64,000 nt of DNA from assembly GCA_013239625.1 (NCBI GenBank), contig MU053934.1, positions 9,817,352-9,881,351 of the forward strand. Direction: 5' to 3'. The notes under the pieces were generated by a model. The model was not told where the DNA came from. It did no database searches and worked only from the letters and a program-made list of their open reading frames with translations. Made by a program: the position numbers and the translations under genes. The DNA comes from Lama guanicoe (lineage: Eukaryota). Below are positions 62,515 through 64,000 of the stretch, piece after piece (the first letter of the stretch is position 1; each line of letters opens with the position of its first letter).

Positions 62515-62869
62515 CAGGCTCAACTGCCCCCCACACCTCTCTTCTGTTTACTGCACACACGCTCCCCCTCCTTCCCCAGGCGCGAGCATGGCCACGCGGC
62601 CCAGAGGCCCCTGTGATCTCCTAAACGATTCAGAGTTAGGAGCCTGTGTGAACACAACCAACAAGGACTCTTATCCGGCATGATGTGCAGAGGAGTTTGG
62701 GGGAAGAGAGAGTAGAAGGCAGGGTCCGGATGGGTCACTACAATAAGGGAGACCCGTGCGCATTCCAGGTGCTCGGGTGGGCAAACTGTGGGTCCCTCTG
62801 GGAAAGCAGGCCTCCATCACTGATTTCACACAAAGAAATCAAGAGTGATGGGCGTGAGTTTGAAGGCAG

Positions 62870-63790
62870 GTGCTGTGGGTTCAACTGTGTCCCCAGAAAG
62901 ATAGGTCCAAGTCCTAACTCCTGGTACCTGTGAGCATGACCTGATTTGGAAATAGGGTCTTTGCAGATGTAATGAAGACACAGATTAAGATGAGGTCACG
63001 AAGCATGGAAGCCACATAAATGTCCATTGACAGCTGACTGGATAATGAAGCTGTGGTGTATACATGCAATGGAATACTACTTGGCCATGAAAAAGAATGA
63101 AATCATGCCATTTGTAGCAACATGGCTGGGCCTGGAGATCATCATTCTAAGAGAAGAAAGCCAGAAAGAGAAAAAAAATACCATATGATATCACTCATAT
63201 GTGGAATCTAAAAAAAAAAGAGACACTAATGAACTCATCTATAAAACAGAAACAGACTCACAAACATAAAAAGCAAACTTGTGGTTATCAGAGGGGAAAG
63301 GGACTACTATATATAAAATAGATAAACAACAAGTTTACACTGTGTAGCACAAGGAACTGTATTCAATACCTTGCAGTAGCCTATAATGAAAAAGAACATG
63401 AAAAGGAATACACGTATGTTCACGTATGACTGAAACATGATGCTGTGCACCAGAAATTGACACAACATTGTAAACTGACTATACTTCAATTAAAAAAAAA
63501 AGATGGAGGGCCCTAAATTCAACAGGATGGGAGTTCTTACTCAGGAGAAGACACACCAACACACAGGGAGGAGGCCAGGTGACAACAGAGGCAGGCAGAC
63601 CAGGGTGACGCAGCCACAAGCCAAGGAGCCTGGCAGCCCCCAGGAGAGGCAGGAAGGACCCTCCCCTGCAGCTTCAGAGGGAGCTCCTGGGGACACCTTG
63701 GTTTCTCGGCCTTCACACTGAGAGAGGAAATGACCATTGTTTTAAGGCACTGGTTTGTGGAACCATCACAGCAGCCCCTGGAGACTGACC
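62870..63790 (+). mobile_element. MLT1-type LTR split by an L1 insertion
   Basis: tgtgggttcaactgtgtccccaga...tttggaaatagggtctttgcagatgtaat...taagatgaggtca, resuming at about 63502 with gggccctaaattc...cagccacaagccaagga. Confidence 0.8.
63005..63501 (+). mobile_element. 5'-truncated L1 with poly-A tail
   Basis: aatgaaatcatgccatttgtagcaacatgg...tgtggaatctaaaaaa...gacacaacattgtaaactgactatacttcaattaaaaaaaaaa. Confidence 0.92.
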
Positions 63791-64000
63791 CAGCAGGTCT
63801 GTAACCCTAAGGGACTGACACACTCAGTCTAGTATCCAGCCCCTCTCAAGTCCCTTGGCTTCCTAGGAGGCTGGAATTAAGCCCGGGTTGCAGCCTGTAA
63901 AAGTCTGCAAGTGACGTGGAACCTTCCAGAGGGAGCACAGAGAGGGCTGGGCAGGGCGAGGAACTTGCAGCTAAGATCCTCTGTGCACAGCCCAGGCAAA

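Larger units (their letters stand above)
27907..64000 (-). other. CELSR1: CELSR1 intron 1 (partial; exon 1 lies beyond the window end)
   Basis: No cadherin-repeat coding sequence upstream of exon 2 within the window. CELSR genes carry the cadherin repeats in a large first exon followed by a long intron. Confidence 0.88.

Overview
This is GC-rich mammalian genomic DNA. Several tRNA-derived SINEs resembling the camelid Vic-1 family suggest an alpaca, llama or camel source. The whole window lies inside CELSR1 (Flamingo-family adhesion GPCR/atypical cadherin, planar cell polarity), transcribed on the minus strand. Four coding exons join in frame through canonical AG/GT sites: 27268-27906 (639 nt), 9173-9395 (223 nt), 3741-3856 (116 nt) and 3259-3347 (89 nt). 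By my recollection of the human gene these are exons 2-5, encoding the end of the cadherin region, EGF1-3 and most of laminin G1. Everything from 27907 to 64000 is intron 1. The introns hold L1 3' ends (some with target-site duplications, TSDs), old L1/L2/MIR fossils, MLT1 LTRs, MER20/MER53/MER46-type DNA transposons, microsatellites and a 38-N assembly gap. Almost all ORFs in the supplied track are chance ORFs of GC-rich DNA. I cannot support a new gene or a new multi-gene system. The best leads are RNA-processing and regulatory hypotheses: (1) a stop-free, frame-symmetric exon 2 flanked by inverted repeats (circRNA with an endless ORF); (2) an exon 5 read-through whose stop codon overlaps an AATAAA (possible secreted ectodomain); (3) a 5' splice site regenerated at the exon 4/5 junction; (4) RFX X-boxes in CpG-rich patches of intron 1; (5) several template-switch or duplication scars. 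Repeat-family names and boundaries are by eye and approximate.
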